Assembly: GCA_963827685.1 (NCBI GenBank)
Contig: CAWHBU010000004.1
Span: 1-64,000 of the forward strand
Direction of reading: 5' to 3'
Origin: an uncultured delta proteobacterium
GTDB lineage: Bacteria; Desulfobacterota; BSN033; UBA1163
DNA length: 64,000 nt
Shown here: positions 40,025 through 50,954 of the stretch, one piece after another
Position numbering within the stretch: position 1 is the first letter of the stretch
How the letters are laid out: every line of letters begins with the position of its first letter
Translations under genes and position numbers: made by a program
Notes under the pieces: model-generated
Database searches by the model: none
Seen by the model: the letters and a program-made list of their open reading frames with translations, nothing else
Told to the model about the DNA's origin: nothing

Positions 40025-41977
40025 ATGACGGACATTCTTTTTAGCAGTTGGGGGGGAGTGGTCACCGATAATCGAAGGAAACCTGAAGCAGAGAGGCAAC
40101 CCGTCTCCGCTCTCAATCTCCCCCTGGAATTTGATAAAGAGAGAAAGGTCAGAGCCTTTATTGGATGGGACGGGATTGTCATCAGAGACACTGAAGTCAA
40201 TATGGTCGATTTGATTCGGGCTTATGTGGAAGCGGTCCAGAGTGAATCCTGCGGAAAGTGTACACCCTGCCGGGTAGGGACTCGGATCATGGCGACCATC
40301 ATGAATCGAATTGCCGATGGTCAGGGCAAAGGTGAGGACTTAAAACAATTAAGATATTTAGGGGAGATGATTCAGAAGAGTTCCAAATGCAACCTCGGAC
40401 AGACCGGTCCGAAGCCTGTGTTGGATGCGATCGATCATTTTGAAGATCAATTCTCCGGTGCCATCCGGTTGCAAAAAAAAGTTCCTCGCCAGGAATACAA
40501 AGTCAAGGTGACAGCACCCTGTGAAAGCGCCTGTCCCTCCCATCTTCCCATCAGCCGTTATGTTGAATTGATCAAAGAGGGGAGATTCGAAGAATCCCTT
40601 GCCGCCATCCGAGGGGCGACCTGCCTGGCCGGAATCTTAGGAAGGATCTGCGTCCGTCCCTGCGAAGACAACTGTCGTCGGGGAAATGTGGATGAATGTA
40701 TTTCCATTAAATGGCTGAAACGGTTTGTCGCCGATTATGAACTGGAGAAGAGGAAGGATCCTTCGGTTAAGAAAGGGGAAATGCGTTCAGAGAAAGTGGC
40801 CGTCATTGGCGCAGGCCCAGCTGGTCTCTCGTGCGCTTACTACCTTGCCCTCAAAGGTTATCCTGTCACCATTTTCGAGAGGTTAGGTGAGCCAGGCGGG
40901 ATGGCAGCCATGGGGATCCCTGACTATCGTCTCCCGAGAGATATCGTTGGATACGAAGCAGAGATTGTAAAGAGGTTGGGGGTCGAGATTCGGTATAACA
41001 CGCAGGTGGGAAAGGATATCACCCTCTCTCAGATGTTTGAGCAGGGTTATAAGGCCATCTTTGTCGGTGTGGGCGCGCAGACCAATACGCCCATGGGTGT
41101 TGAGGGAGAAGATAAGGGATATAAGGGATTCATCCCGGGCGTTTATTACCTCTTGGAGATCAATCTGGGAAGAGACCCCTATCCTGAAGGCAAGAGGGTG
41201 GTGGTGGTCGGTGGTGGAAACGTGGCCATTGACTGTGTTCGGTCTTCTTTCCGCATTGGCAAAGCGGATGTGAACCTGGTTTATCGAAGGACGAAAAAAG
41301 AGATGCCTGCCGATCATGTGGAAATCCATGATGCAGAGGAAGAGGGCGTTAAATTTCATTACCTCTGCAATCCGGTCCGGATCATTGAGAAAGAGGGAAA
41401 GGTTGTTGGAATGGAGTGTATTCGGATGGAGCTGGGTGAACCGGATGAAAGCGGGAGGCGCAGACCCGTTCCCATCAAGGGTTCAGAATTTTTCATCGAA
41501 GCTGATATTGCTATCCCTGCCATTGGACAAGCGATCGATCTGTCCTTCCTCGAAGAAAAGGACGGGGTGAAGACGACGAGACGATCCACGATCGCCATCC
41601 AAGAAGGAACCTTTATGACAAGCCATCCGGGGATCTTCTCCGCCGGGGATTGTGTGACCGGACCCGATGTTTTGGTTCGTGCTGCAGGCCATGGAAAGAG
41701 AGCCGCTGACAAGATTGACCTGTTCCTTCGCGGAATGGAGGTAAGGGAATCTGAGGAAGAACTTCTGGAGACCCTGGTGGAGAAGATCAAGGTTTATAAC
41801 AAGAATGAAAAGATTGGAATCTCCGGCGGGCAGAAGAGGGCGACGTTGAACATGCTTCCTCCTGATTCGAGAAAATGGATCTTCGATGAGGTGGAGGAAG
41901 GATTTTCCATCCCGGTGGCTCAAAAGGAAGCAGAACGTTGTCTCAGGTGTGTGCGAATCGGACTGTTTGCAATTTAA
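40025..41977 (+). CDS. sfrB: SfrB-like NADPH oxidoreductase beta subunit (NuoF-type [4Fe-4S] domain + GltD/NfnB-like FAD module)
   Basis: N-terminus LFSSWG..V.DNR recalls Geobacter SfrB; [48 protein letters not shown]; no NuoF FMN domain. Confidence 0.75.
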   Translation: MTDILFSSWGGVVTDNRRKPEAERQPVSALNLPLEFDKERKVRAFIGWDGIVIRDTEVNMVDLIRAYVEAVQSESCGKCTPCRVGTRIMATIMNRIADGQGKGEDLKQLRYLGEMIQKSSKCNLGQTGPKPVLDAIDHFEDQFSGAIRLQKKVPRQEYKVKVTAPCESACPSHLPISRYVELIKEGRFEESLAAIRGATCLAGILGRICVRPCEDNCRRGNVDECISIKWLKRFVADYELEKRKDPSVKKGEMRSEKVAVIGAGPAGLSCAYYLALKGYPVTIFERLGEPGGMAAMGIPDYRLPRDIVGYEAEIVKRLGVEIRYNTQVGKDITLSQMFEQGYKAIFVGVGAQTNTPMGVEGEDKGYKGFIPGVYYLLEINLGRDPYPEGKRVVVVGGGNVAIDCVRSSFRIGKADVNLVYRRTKKEMPADHVEIHDAEEEGVKFHYLCNPVRIIEKEGKVVGMECIRMELGEPDESGRRRPVPIKGSEFFIEADIAIPAIGQAIDLSFLEEKDGVKTTRRSTIAIQEGTFMTSHPGIFSAGDCVTGPDVLVRAAGHGKRAADKIDLFLRGMEVRESEEELLETLVEKIKVYNKNEKIGISGGQKRATLNMLPPDSRKWIFDEVEEGFSIPVAQKEAERCLRCVRIGLFAI

Positions 41978-41983
41978 CGTGTT

Positions 41984-42056
41984 GGTGAATCGTGAATGGT
42001 GGATCGTGATGAGATTCTAAATCACGAATCACGAGTCACGAATCTCGATCCACGAG
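41984..42056. repeat. Heptamer-repeat palindrome (GTGAATC / TCACGAA type)
   Basis: gtgaatcgtgaatggtggatcgtga...tcacgaatcacgagtcacgaatctcgatccacga. Confidence 0.7.
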
Positions 42057-42067
42057 GTTTGATAAGA

Positions 42068-44695
42068 ATGTTAAAGCTGACCATTGATGGAAAAGAAGTT
42101 ACGGGAAGACCGGATCAAACGATCTTCGAGGTGGCCAAGGAAAACGGGATCTATATTCCCACTCTCTGCTATCACCCCAGATTAAGCCTGCTCAAATCCT
42201 GCCGTATCTGTTTGGTCGATGTCGAGGGTGCGGAGATGCCTATGGCGTCTTGTGCGACGCCTGTGGTCGAGGGGATGGTGATTCGTACCCGCACGGAGCG
42301 CGTCGAAAAGATGAGACTTGAGGCTTTAAAATTATTACTGGTCAACCATCCTCTGGACTGTCCTGTCTGTGATGCCGGAGGAGAATGCCAACTCCAGAAC
42401 CGCACCTATGAATTTGGGATCGAGAAGAACGAGTTTCCTCCAGAGAAAAGAGAAACTCCGTCCACTCCCTATGGAACCCCCCTGATCATGCAGTGGTTTG
42501 ACCGATGTGTGATGTGTCTCCGCTGTATCCAGGCCTGTGTGGATGTGCCAGGGGCGGATGTCCTCGAGGTGGCAGAGCATGGTTTCCCATCTCATGTGAA
42601 GGCGGTTCGGAAGGAGAACTGTATCTCATGCGGCGAATGTCTCCAGATGTGTCCCGTGGGTGCTTTAACAGAGAATCTCAGCCCCATCAAAGGAAGAACA
42701 TGGCAACTTGACAGAATACGGACCACCTGCACTTTCTGTGGATGCGGTTGTCAACTCGAGCTCAACACCCTCGCCGATAGGAAAGTGGTCAAGGTGACCA
42801 CAAAAGGGGAAGCCGGGGTCAACCAGGGGAGCCTCTGTGTGAAAGGAAGATTCGGTTTTGATTTTATTCATCATCCTGACAGGCTTCAAAAACCTCTTGT
42901 AAAAAAATCCGGGGTGTTTGTGGAGGTCTCCTGGGAAGAAGCTCTGGGTCTGGTTGCCACAAAACTTCAGGAAATAAAAGAGAAGTATGGTGCCCAGAGC
43001 ATCGGGGGAATCTCTTCCTCCAGGGGAACGAATGAAGAAAACTATCTCTTCCAGAAATGGATGAGAGCCTGCATCGGGACAAACCATATCGACAATGGTG
43101 CCCGATTGTCCAGTGGGTCTTCTCTCTTTGGAATGATGGCCTCCACCGGATATGGAGCGATGACTCATGCGATGGACGAAGTAACCAAGGCTGACCTCAT
43201 CCTTATCGTCGGTGCGGATTCGTATGATGATAATCTCATCTTCAGTAATAAGATGAGGGAGGCCATCCGAAAGAACAACGCTAAGATCATCCTGGTCGAT
43301 CCTCGGAAGACCCAATGGGAAAAATGGGCTGACCTATGGTTGAGGCCGCTGCCGGGGACGGATATTGCCTGGATCAATGGTCTAATTCGTCTCCTCATCG
43401 AGAAGGGTGCTCCCTCCAAAGAGTTTATCGGATCCAAGACAGAGGGTTTTGAAAGCCTGCGGTCCTCTGTAGAGAAATTTTCCGCCCAGTTTGTCAAGAA
43501 TACTACAGGGATCTCTCAAGCAGATTTAGAGGGAGTCGCCCATCTCTATGTGTCGGCGAAAAAGAGGGCGATCGTCTTTGGCTCTGGTGTGACCCAGCAT
43601 GCCAATGGAACGGAGATAGTCAAAGCTCTCTGCAACCTGGCCCTGCTGACTGGAGAGACAGAAGACGGAGGAGGAGGGGTCTACCCGCTGCTCACTCAGA
43701 ATAATGTCCAGGGCGCTTTCGATATGGGTTCACTCTCCGAATTCCTTCCCGGTTATCAGAAGGTGGGAGACGAAAAGGCGCGCAGAAAGTTTGAGGAAAT
43801 CTGGAAGAGAAGGATTCCAGAAAAACCGGGCCTCACCTATATGGAGATGTTCGATAAGATTCTGGAAGGAAAGATCAAAGCCCTCTATATCTTCGGTGAA
43901 GACCCCTTCATCAACCTCCCCAACTTAGAGAGACTGAAGAACGGACTCCATCAGTTGGAGTTTTTGGTGGTGCAAGATCTTTTCATGACCCACATCGGGA
44001 GTTATGCCCATGTCATTTTGCCCGGGGTGAGTTTTGCTGAGAAGGATGGGACCTTCACCAACATGGAGAGAAGGATTCAAAGGGTGCGGAAGGCCATCTC
44101 ACCGGTCGGCGATTCCAGACCCGACTGGAAGATCCTCTGTGATCTTTCTACGAAAATGGGTTATCCAATGGGATGCCAGAACCCTGCTGAGATCATGGAG
44201 GAGATCGTCTCTCTGGTGCCCTTCTATGCCGGAGTTACATATTCTGATTTAGAGAAGGGCGGAATCCGGTGGTCCTCAAAGAATGGATGGAAGCGGAGCT
44301 TCTCCCCGATAGAATACAAAGGGCCAGCAGAAAAGCCTGATAACAAATATCCTTTATGGATCATCCCCAGAGGTTTCCATTACCATTACGGAATCGGAAC
44401 GGCGAACAAGAGAGCCATAGGATTAGCCAAGGTTTTTCCTGATTCCTGTATCGAAGTTCACCCGGAGGATGCCACGAGGGCAGGATTGCAAGAAGGGGGA
44501 AAGGTGAAGGTCGTCTCACCCAGGGGTGAGGTGGAGACGATCTGCAAGATTTCCGGAGCCGTTCCCAAAGGGGTGGCCTATTTTGCCACCACATTCTTCC
44601 CTGTTTTTGTAAATAATCTTTTAATCTCCGGATATGATGCGATAAGTCAACACCCTGAATACAAGGTCTTTATCGGAAGGGTGGAGAAACGATAG
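42068..44695 (+). CDS. sfrA: SfrA/NuoG-like Fe-S protein with a molybdopterin-oxidoreductase fold lacking the catalytic Cys/Sec
   Basis: IPTLC..CRIC..C, HPLDCPVCDAGGECQLQ, two CxxCxxCxxxC, TCTFCGCGC..C; FDH site reads NHIDNGARLSS instead of DHCARL(C/U)H. Confidence 0.75.
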   Translation: MLKLTIDGKEVTGRPDQTIFEVAKENGIYIPTLCYHPRLSLLKSCRICLVDVEGAEMPMASCATPVVEGMVIRTRTERVEKMRLEALKLLLVNHPLDCPVCDAGGECQLQNRTYEFGIEKNEFPPEKRETPSTPYGTPLIMQWFDRCVMCLRCIQACVDVPGADVLEVAEHGFPSHVKAVRKENCISCGECLQMCPVGALTENLSPIKGRTWQLDRIRTTCTFCGCGCQLELNTLADRKVVKVTTKGEAGVNQGSLCVKGRFGFDFIHHPDRLQKPLVKKSGVFVEVSWEEALGLVATKLQEIKEKYGAQSIGGISSSRGTNEENYLFQKWMRACIGTNHIDNGARLSSGSSLFGMMASTGYGAMTHAMDEVTKADLILIVGADSYDDNLIFSNKMREAIRKNNAKIILVDPRKTQWEKWADLWLRPLPGTDIAWINGLIRLLIEKGAPSKEFIGSKTEGFESLRSSVEKFSAQFVKNTTGISQADLEGVAHLYVSAKKRAIVFGSGVTQHANGTEIVKALCNLALLTGETEDGGGGVYPLLTQNNVQGAFDMGSLSEFLPGYQKVGDEKARRKFEEIWKRRIPEKPGLTYMEMFDKILEGKIKALYIFGEDPFINLPNLERLKNGLHQLEFLVVQDLFMTHIGSYAHVILPGVSFAEKDGTFTNMERRIQRVRKAISPVGDSRPDWKILCDLSTKMGYPMGCQNPAEIMEEIVSLVPFYAGVTYSDLEKGGIRWSSKNGWKRSFSPIEYKGPAEKPDNKYPLWIIPRGFHYHYGIGTANKRAIGLAKVFPDSCIEVHPEDATRAGLQEGGKVKVVSPRGEVETICKISGAVPKGVAYFATTFFPVFVNNLLISGYDAISQHPEYKVFIGRVEKR

Positions 44696-44829
44696 AGGAG
44701 AGCTCTGAAGATACGATAGAGCCTCTCTTGATTACACACCTGCCTGCCGCAGGCAGGGATTTCAAAAAATGATTCAACAGATCTTCAGAGATTTCTGGTT
44801 TTTTAGAAACGTCGTGGAGGAGAAGCAGG

Positions 44830-45849
44830 ATGCAACTGTTCTATCTTCTCGTTGAGATGGTTGTCAAATGCGTGGTGGTTTTTGCCGGTCTGATGATCGT
44901 CGTGGCCTATTTGACTTGGCTGGAACGGAAGGTTTTGGGTCATATCCAGATTCGTTTTGGCCCCAATCGTTGCGGGCCCTTTGGATTGCTTCAACCCTTT
45001 TCGGATGCCGTCAAAGCCTTCTTCAAAGAGGACCTGGTTCCCGCAAGGGCGGATAAGGTCGTCTTCGTCATGGCCCCGATGATATCGATCATCGCCGCTA
45101 TCAGCATCTTTGCTGTCATCCCCTTTGGCAATCAGTTTACCATTCCTGGAACGAATTGGGTGGTCAAACTGCGAATAGCCGACATTGACGTAGGGCTTCT
45201 CTATATCTTCGGCATAGCCTCTCTTGGAGAATTTGGAATTATCTTAGGAGGCTGGTCTTCCGGGAATAAGTATGGTCTAACCGGTTCCCTTCGAGCCGCG
45301 GCTCAGATGATCAGTTATGAAACGGCTCTCGGCATCGCGATCGTCGGAGTCCTCATTCTCTCACAAAGTCTGAGGCTGACCGAGATCGTTCAACTTCAGG
45401 GAGGAGGGTTCTGGAATTGGAATATCTGGTATCAGCCGGTGGCCTTTGTTCTTTATCTGATTTGCGGCCTAGCTGAGATCAACCGGACTCCTTTTGATAT
45501 GCCCGAGGCAGAAGCCGAGCTGGCCTGTGGGTTCAACATCGAATACAGCAGCATGAAATTTGCCCTTTTCTTCATGGCCGAATATGCGCATATGGTTACG
45601 ATGGGCGCGGTCGCTGTGACGCTCTTCATGGGAGGATGGCAGCCCATCATTCCTCAACTCAGTTTCATCCCCGGCATCGTCTGGTTCTGTGCGAAGCTCT
45701 TTATCTTTCTCTTCTTCTTCATCTGGGAGCGAGGAACGATGCCGCGGCTCCGATACGATCAGATCATGAAGTTTGGATGGAAGATCTTGATACCCTTAGC
45801 CCTGATCAATCTCTTAGTGACTGGATTGATCGTCTCGTTGAAAGGTTAA
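44830..45849 (+). CDS. nuoH: Complex I subunit H
   Basis: ERKVLGHIQ.R.GPN..GPFGLLQP..D..K, AQMISYE, NRTPFDMPEAEAEL, PRLRYDQ. Confidence 0.97.
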   Translation: MQLFYLLVEMVVKCVVVFAGLMIVVAYLTWLERKVLGHIQIRFGPNRCGPFGLLQPFSDAVKAFFKEDLVPARADKVVFVMAPMISIIAAISIFAVIPFGNQFTIPGTNWVVKLRIADIDVGLLYIFGIASLGEFGIILGGWSSGNKYGLTGSLRAAAQMISYETALGIAIVGVLILSQSLRLTEIVQLQGGGFWNWNIWYQPVAFVLYLICGLAEINRTPFDMPEAEAELACGFNIEYSSMKFALFFMAEYAHMVTMGAVAVTLFMGGWQPIIPQLSFIPGIVWFCAKLFIFLFFFIWERGTMPRLRYDQIMKFGWKILIPLALINLLVTGLIVSLKG

Positions 45850-45863
45850 TAAAGAGGTCGAAG

Positions 45864-46277
45864 ATGATACTCCCATTGTTAAAAGGTTTGGCACTTACTT
45901 TGAATCGGTTTTTCTCCAAACCCATCACCATCCAATATCCGGAACAGAAAATACCTCCGGCGAAACGTTGGAGGGGAATTCAATATTTTGAGAAGGATGA
46001 GCACGGGAAGACCAAGTGTGTCGCCTGCGGCCTCTGTATGATCGTCTGTCCTTCTCAATGCATCTACATCGAGACGGCTGAGGATGAAGAGGGGAAACGG
46101 TACCCACTCACCTACGAACTTGATGCCACTCGATGTATTTTTTGTGGTTATTGCGAAGAGGCGTGTCCCGTTAAGGCGATCTTTATGGGAAAGAACTATG
46201 AATGGGTGGAAGGGGATCGAAAAGTTTATCTTATGACCACCGAGAAACTATTAGAAGAGAAAAAGGTTAATCCGTAA
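45864..46277 (+). CDS. nuoI: Complex I subunit I
   Basis: ITIQYPE, CVACGLCMIVCP, CIFCGYCEEACP; SD AGAGG before ATG 45864. Confidence 0.95.
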   Translation: MILPLLKGLALTLNRFFSKPITIQYPEQKIPPAKRWRGIQYFEKDEHGKTKCVACGLCMIVCPSQCIYIETAEDEEGKRYPLTYELDATRCIFCGYCEEACPVKAIFMGKNYEWVEGDRKVYLMTTEKLLEEKKVNP

Positions 46278-46349
46278 TTTAATGAAGCGCATAGCGCATG
46301 GAGCATAGCGCAAAGCGTAAGAACTGTTAAATTCATTTGGAGCAAGACA

Positions 46350-46877
46350 ATGGCTGAAAATGTCGTAACGATATTTCAATGGTTGATCTTTTTAGGAGTG
46401 GCGTTTACCTCCATCATCGCCTCCTTATTGGTCATCAGTCGAAAAAACCCTATCCACAGCGCTCTTTTTCTGGTGCTAACCTTCCTCTGCGTGTCGGTGC
46501 TTTACTTGCTGCTTTACCAACAATTCATGTTCATCATCCAGATTTTCGTTTACGCCGGCGCCATCGTGATGCTGATCGTCTTTGTCATCATGCTTCTGGA
46601 TCTGGAGGTGGAGCTTCGATCCGGTTTGAAACTTTTTTATTCGAAGGTGATCGGTGGCCTGCTGATGGTTCTCTTTCTTTTCGGGATCATTTATTCGGTT
46701 GTGGCGAAATCTCCGACTGGAAAGATGGGTTCCTATACGCCGGATAAGGCGAGTGCCAATGTGAAGGCTGTCGGTGAGATGCTTTTCACTCAATATCTTT
46801 TTCCCTTCGAGATTGTTTCTGTCCTCCTCGCGGCAGCCGTCGTCGGAGCGGTCATCTTGAGCAAGAAAAGGAATTAA
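46350..46877 (+). CDS. nuoJ: Complex I subunit J
   Basis: NPIHSALFL, QIFVYAGAIVML, YLFPFEIVSVLL. Confidence 0.95.
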   Translation: MAENVVTIFQWLIFLGVAFTSIIASLLVISRKNPIHSALFLVLTFLCVSVLYLLLYQQFMFIIQIFVYAGAIVMLIVFVIMLLDLEVELRSGLKLFYSKVIGGLLMVLFLFGIIYSVVAKSPTGKMGSYTPDKASANVKAVGEMLFTQYLFPFEIVSVLLAAAVVGAVILSKKRN

Positions 46878-46887
46878 GGAGAGGATT

Positions 46888-47202
46888 ATGGTGATTCCAG
46901 CTGTTCCCCCTGAATTATATCTGGTCTTGAGCGGAATACTCTTCACAATCGGAGTGATCGGAGCCCTGACCCGGCGAAATGCGATTGTGGTCTTCATGTG
47001 TATTGAGATGATGCTCAATGCGGTGAACATTTCTTTCATTACCCTATCCCGCTTTCTCCAATCTCTGGACGGGGTACTCTTTGCCTTCTTTGTCATCGCT
47101 GTAGCAGCGGCTGAGGCAGCGGTTGGGCTGGCAATCTTTGTGATGATTTATCGCTCGAGAGAAACGATCAACGTGGATGAAATTAATATATTAAAATGGT
47201 AA
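46888..47202 (+). CDS. nuoK: Complex I subunit K
   Basis: RRNAI..MCIEMMLNAVN, VAAAEAAVGLAI. Confidence 0.96.
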   Translation: MVIPAVPPELYLVLSGILFTIGVIGALTRRNAIVVFMCIEMMLNAVNISFITLSRFLQSLDGVLFAFFVIAVAAAEAAVGLAIFVMIYRSRETINVDEINILKW

Positions 47203-47205
47203 AGC

Positions 47206-47277
47206 GAGTTAAGAATTATGAATTGAGAATTACGAATTTTTTAAACTCTAAACTCATAACTCCTAATTCTTAATTCT
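47206..47277. repeat. Heptamer-repeat palindrome (GAATTAn / TAATTCT type)
   Basis: gagttaagaattatgaattgagaattacgaatt...aactctaaactcataactcctaattcttaattct. Confidence 0.7.
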
Positions 47278-47292
47278 CCGGAGGAGATATTC

Positions 47293-49284
47293 ATGCTTAA
47301 TTATGTCTGGTTGATCCCCCTGTTTCCGGCGATCGGTTTTATGATCAATGGGTTCTTCGGCAGAAGTTTGGGGAAGAAGGCGGTCAGCTGGGTGGGACCC
47401 TCAGTGATTGGTCTTTCCTTTCTCACCTCTATCCTGATCTTCTTCGAATTGATCGGAAGGCCACCGACGGAGCGTCTCTTTGAAAAAGTGATTTTTGATT
47501 GGGTGGTCTCGGGCTCATTCCAAACGGTGGTCGGCTACCAGATCGATCCTCTCTCCATCCTGATGGCTCTGGTGGTCAGTGGGGTTAGCTTCTTCATCCA
47601 TATCTACTCAGTGGGATACATGCATGATGATCCGGGATATACTCGGTATTTCACCTACCTCAACCTCTTCGTCTTCATGATGCTCAATCTCATCCTGGCG
47701 AACAACTTTTTATTGATGTTTGTGGGATGGGAGGGTGTCGGCCTCTGTTCCTATCTCTTGATCGGTTTCTGGTATGAAAAGGATTCCGCCTCCAATGCAG
47801 GGAAAAAGGCTTTTGTGGTCAACCGAGTGGGTGACTTCGGTTTCATTCTCGGAATATTCCTTCTCTTCACCAGTCTCGGAAAACATGGGGTCTGGACATT
47901 GGATTTTACTGAGGTCTTCGCCAATGCTCATTTGCTGGAACCTGGAACCGTAACAGCCATCACGATTCTGCTCTTTGTGGGTGCCTGTGGAAAATCGGCG
48001 CAAATTCCGATATATGTTTGGCTTCCTGACGCCATGGAAGGTCCTACACCGGTCAGCTCCCTCATCCATGCGGCCACGATGGTGACCGCAGGGGTTTATA
48101 TGGTCGCGCGGTGCAATATACTCTACAGCATGGCACCCATTTCCATGGCCATCGTGGCCATCGTCGGCGTGGCCACTGCCATCTTTACCGCCTCTATTGG
48201 ATTCTGCCAGAACGATATCAAAAAAGTTCTGGCCTACTCTACAATCAGCCAGTTGGGATATATGTTCCTGGGTGTGGGAGTAGGTGCATACAGTGCTGGG
48301 ATCTTCCACCTAATGACCCATGCCTTCTTCAAGGGGCTTCTCTTTCTCGGCGCCGGAAGTGTGATGCATGCTCTGAGTGGCGAATTGGATATGAGAAAGA
48401 TGGGAGCTCTCAGAAAAAAGATTCCCTATACCTTCTGGACCTTCTTCATCGCCACGCTTGCCATCGCCGGGATTCCCGGCTTGAGTGGATTTTTCAGTAA
48501 GGACGAAATTCTCTGGCAAGCCTTCTCCAGCTCCCATGGCCATTTCATCTTATGGGGGGTGGCTGCTATCGCTGCTGGAATGACGGCCTTCTATATGTTC
48601 AGGGCTCTGTTCATGACTTTCTTTGGTCAGTCCAGGGTCGATGAGCATGTAGCACATCATGTCCATGAATCACCCAAAATCATGACCGTTCCTTTAATGG
48701 TTCTTGCTGTTCTCTCCATCATTGGAGGTTATATAGGTGTTCCTCACGTTTTGGGAGGAGCCAACCACATCCATGAGTTCCTCGCTCCTGTATTGGGAGG
48801 TGGGGCTGAGCCGGCCAAAGCCCATGCCGGGATCACACTCATCTCACAGGCTTGGGCATCTGGAGGAGAGGGGGCAGGACATTTGGCTACATGGGAGTTC
48901 CCGATGATGGTAATCTCTGTGGTTATCGCCCTCATAGGGATCGGGATCGCTTATCTCTTCTATGTGAAGAATCCAGCTCTTCCCAAACTCGTGGCGGAAA
49001 AATGGAAGGGACTCTACAAGCTGGTCTTCAATAAATATTATGTCGACGAACTCTACGAAATCCTTTTCATCAACTCTCTTAAAAACTTGGGCACGGCGCT
49101 CTGGAAAGGATTTGATGACTTTGTCATCGATGCTACGATCAATGGCATTGCTTATTTCATCGGTCTGATCTCGGGAACGATAAGAAAGATGCAGACCGGT
49201 TTGGTTCAAAACTATGCCTTTTCAATGGTCATCGGGGGAATCGTCCTCGTAGCCTATTACATCGCGCGCGCTATTTTTTATTAA
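47293..49284 (+). CDS. nuoL: Complex I subunit L
   Basis: GWEGVGLCSYLLIGFW, GKSAQ.P..WLPDAMEGPTPVS, HLMTHAFFK. Confidence 0.97.
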   Translation: MLNYVWLIPLFPAIGFMINGFFGRSLGKKAVSWVGPSVIGLSFLTSILIFFELIGRPPTERLFEKVIFDWVVSGSFQTVVGYQIDPLSILMALVVSGVSFFIHIYSVGYMHDDPGYTRYFTYLNLFVFMMLNLILANNFLLMFVGWEGVGLCSYLLIGFWYEKDSASNAGKKAFVVNRVGDFGFILGIFLLFTSLGKHGVWTLDFTEVFANAHLLEPGTVTAITILLFVGACGKSAQIPIYVWLPDAMEGPTPVSSLIHAATMVTAGVYMVARCNILYSMAPISMAIVAIVGVATAIFTASIGFCQNDIKKVLAYSTISQLGYMFLGVGVGAYSAGIFHLMTHAFFKGLLFLGAGSVMHALSGELDMRKMGALRKKIPYTFWTFFIATLAIAGIPGLSGFFSKDEILWQAFSSSHGHFILWGVAAIAAGMTAFYMFRALFMTFFGQSRVDEHVAHHVHESPKIMTVPLMVLAVLSIIGGYIGVPHVLGGANHIHEFLAPVLGGGAEPAKAHAGITLISQAWASGGEGAGHLATWEFPMMVISVVIALIGIGIAYLFYVKNPALPKLVAEKWKGLYKLVFNKYYVDELYEILFINSLKNLGTALWKGFDDFVIDATINGIAYFIGLISGTIRKMQTGLVQNYAFSMVIGGIVLVAYYIARAIFY

Positions 49285-49382
49285 AATCCCCCTCAATCCC
49301 CCTTTTGCCTGTCTTTGACAGGAAAAAGATTACAAAGGGGGAGGTTACTCCTCCCTTTCGTAAAGGGAGGCAGGGAGGGATT
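49285..49382. repeat. REP-like CCCCCTTT/AAAGGGGG palindromes
   Basis: aatcccccttttg...caaagggggagg and ctccctttcgtaaagggag hairpins between nuoL and nuoM. Confidence 0.65.
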
Positions 49383-49403
49383 TAAAAAAAAGGAGTCGAT
49401 TTC

Positions 49404-50954
49404 ATGACTATCCTGGGTATTCCCATCCTATCGCTGTTGATCTTCTTTCCGATCTTGGGTGCCATCGTTCTCCTCTTCATCAACAAAGAGAATGGGAGAG
49501 CTCTGAGGTGGGTCACTTTAATCTTCTCTTTCATCGAATTTATTTTCTCACTGCCCCTTTTCTTCGCCTTCGATCCCAAGACAGCAGCGATGCAATTCGT
49601 GGAGAATTCGTGGTGGATTCAGAGCTATGGGATCAGCTACAAATTGGGCATCGATGGAATCAGTCTCCTTCTGGTCCTCTTGACTACCTTTTTGACCATC
49701 CTCTGTATCCTATGCTCATGGACAGCGATCACCTTCCGGGTAAAGGAATTCATGATCTCGTTCCTCTTTCTTGAGACAGGGATGATCGGTGCCTTGGCGG
49801 CCCTCGATCTCATCCTTTTCTATGTCTTCTGGGAAGTCATGCTGATCCCGATGTATCTGCTCATTGGTGTTTGGGGTGATCCCAAGAGAAGGATTTATGC
49901 AGCAGTCAAGTTCTTCCTTTTTACCATGGCCGGAAGTGTGCTCATGCTCGTGGCGATCCTGGCCCTCTATTTCCTGAATCAGAAGACAACCGGTGTCTCC
50001 ACCTTTGACGTGATCGAACTCTATAAATTGGGATTGCCCGTCGGGGCGCAGTACTGGCTTTTTGGAGCTTTTGCCCTGGCCTTTGCCATCAAGGTTCCGA
50101 TGTTCCCCTTTCATACCTGGTTGCCCGATGCTCATACCGAGGCGCCGACTGCTGGAAGTGTGATCCTGGCAGGCGTCCTGCTGAAGATGGGAACCTATGG
50201 GTTCATCCGATTTGCCATACCCCTGTTTCCGAAGGCCGCCTTCGATCTTTTACCGTTAGTTTCGATCTTGGCCCTTATTGGAATTATTTACGGTGCGTTG
50301 GTTTCAATGATGCAGCCCGATCTGAAGCGACTGGTCGCTTTCTCGAGCGTGAGCCACCTGGGATATGTCATGCTCGGAATGTTTGCTTTCAACATGCAAG
50401 GGGTCGAGGGCTCGATCTATCAGATGCTCAACCATGGCATCAGCACGGGGTCCCTCTTTTTGATTGTCGGGATGATCTATGAGCGCCGCCATACGCGTTT
50501 GATCGCTGACTTTGGAGGACTCTCGAAGGTGATGCCGATCTATGCTGTCTTCTTCATGATCGTGACCCTCTCATCGATCGGCCTGCCCGGGACGAATGGG
50601 TTTGTGGGAGAATTTCTGATCCTGCTCGGTGCTTTTCGATCCAACGTCGTCTACGGGGTGTTTGCTGCGACGGGCGTCATCTTGGGAGCCGCTTACATGC
50701 TGTGGATGTTTCAGAGAGTGATGTTTGGAAAGATCACCCGGCCTGAAAATGAAAAGCTGAAAGACCTCAATGCTCGAGAAATTACCATCCTCGTTCCGAT
50801 GGTGATTCTAATCTTTCTTATGGGCATCTATCCCAAGCTTTTCTTCAGCAAGATGGACGCCAGCGTGGAGCAGTTTATAAAGGATTTCAAGGGAAGGGTT
50901 GAAATGAAGGCCGACCTTCCCTCGCAAAAAGTGGCCGAAGTCGTGAAGAAATAG
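49404..50954 (+). CDS. nuoM: Complex I subunit M
   Basis: [51 protein letters not shown]. Confidence 0.97.
   Translation: MTILGIPILSLLIFFPILGAIVLLFINKENGRALRWVTLIFSFIEFIFSLPLFFAFDPKTAAMQFVENSWWIQSYGISYKLGIDGISLLLVLLTTFLTILCILCSWTAITFRVKEFMISFLFLETGMIGALAALDLILFYVFWEVMLIPMYLLIGVWGDPKRRIYAAVKFFLFTMAGSVLMLVAILALYFLNQKTTGVSTFDVIELYKLGLPVGAQYWLFGAFALAFAIKVPMFPFHTWLPDAHTEAPTAGSVILAGVLLKMGTYGFIRFAIPLFPKAAFDLLPLVSILALIGIIYGALVSMMQPDLKRLVAFSSVSHLGYVMLGMFAFNMQGVEGSIYQMLNHGISTGSLFLIVGMIYERRHTRLIADFGGLSKVMPIYAVFFMIVTLSSIGLPGTNGFVGEFLILLGAFRSNVVYGVFAATGVILGAAYMLWMFQRVMFGKITRPENEKLKDLNAREITILVPMVILIFLMGIYPKLFFSKMDASVEQFIKDFKGRVEMKADLPSQKVAEVVKK

Noticed and set aside
42068-44695. A second formate dehydrogenase
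   Set aside because: It lacks the Cys/Sec-His active-site pair (NGARLSS), has degenerate cofactor motifs and occupies the nuoG position.
45636-45863. N-terminal extensions on NuoI, and likewise on the SfrA-like (41996), S1-like (60634) and flavoprotein (31366) ORFs
   Set aside because: They overlap the upstream gene, repeat DNA or intergenic sequence; downstream ATGs match the family starts.
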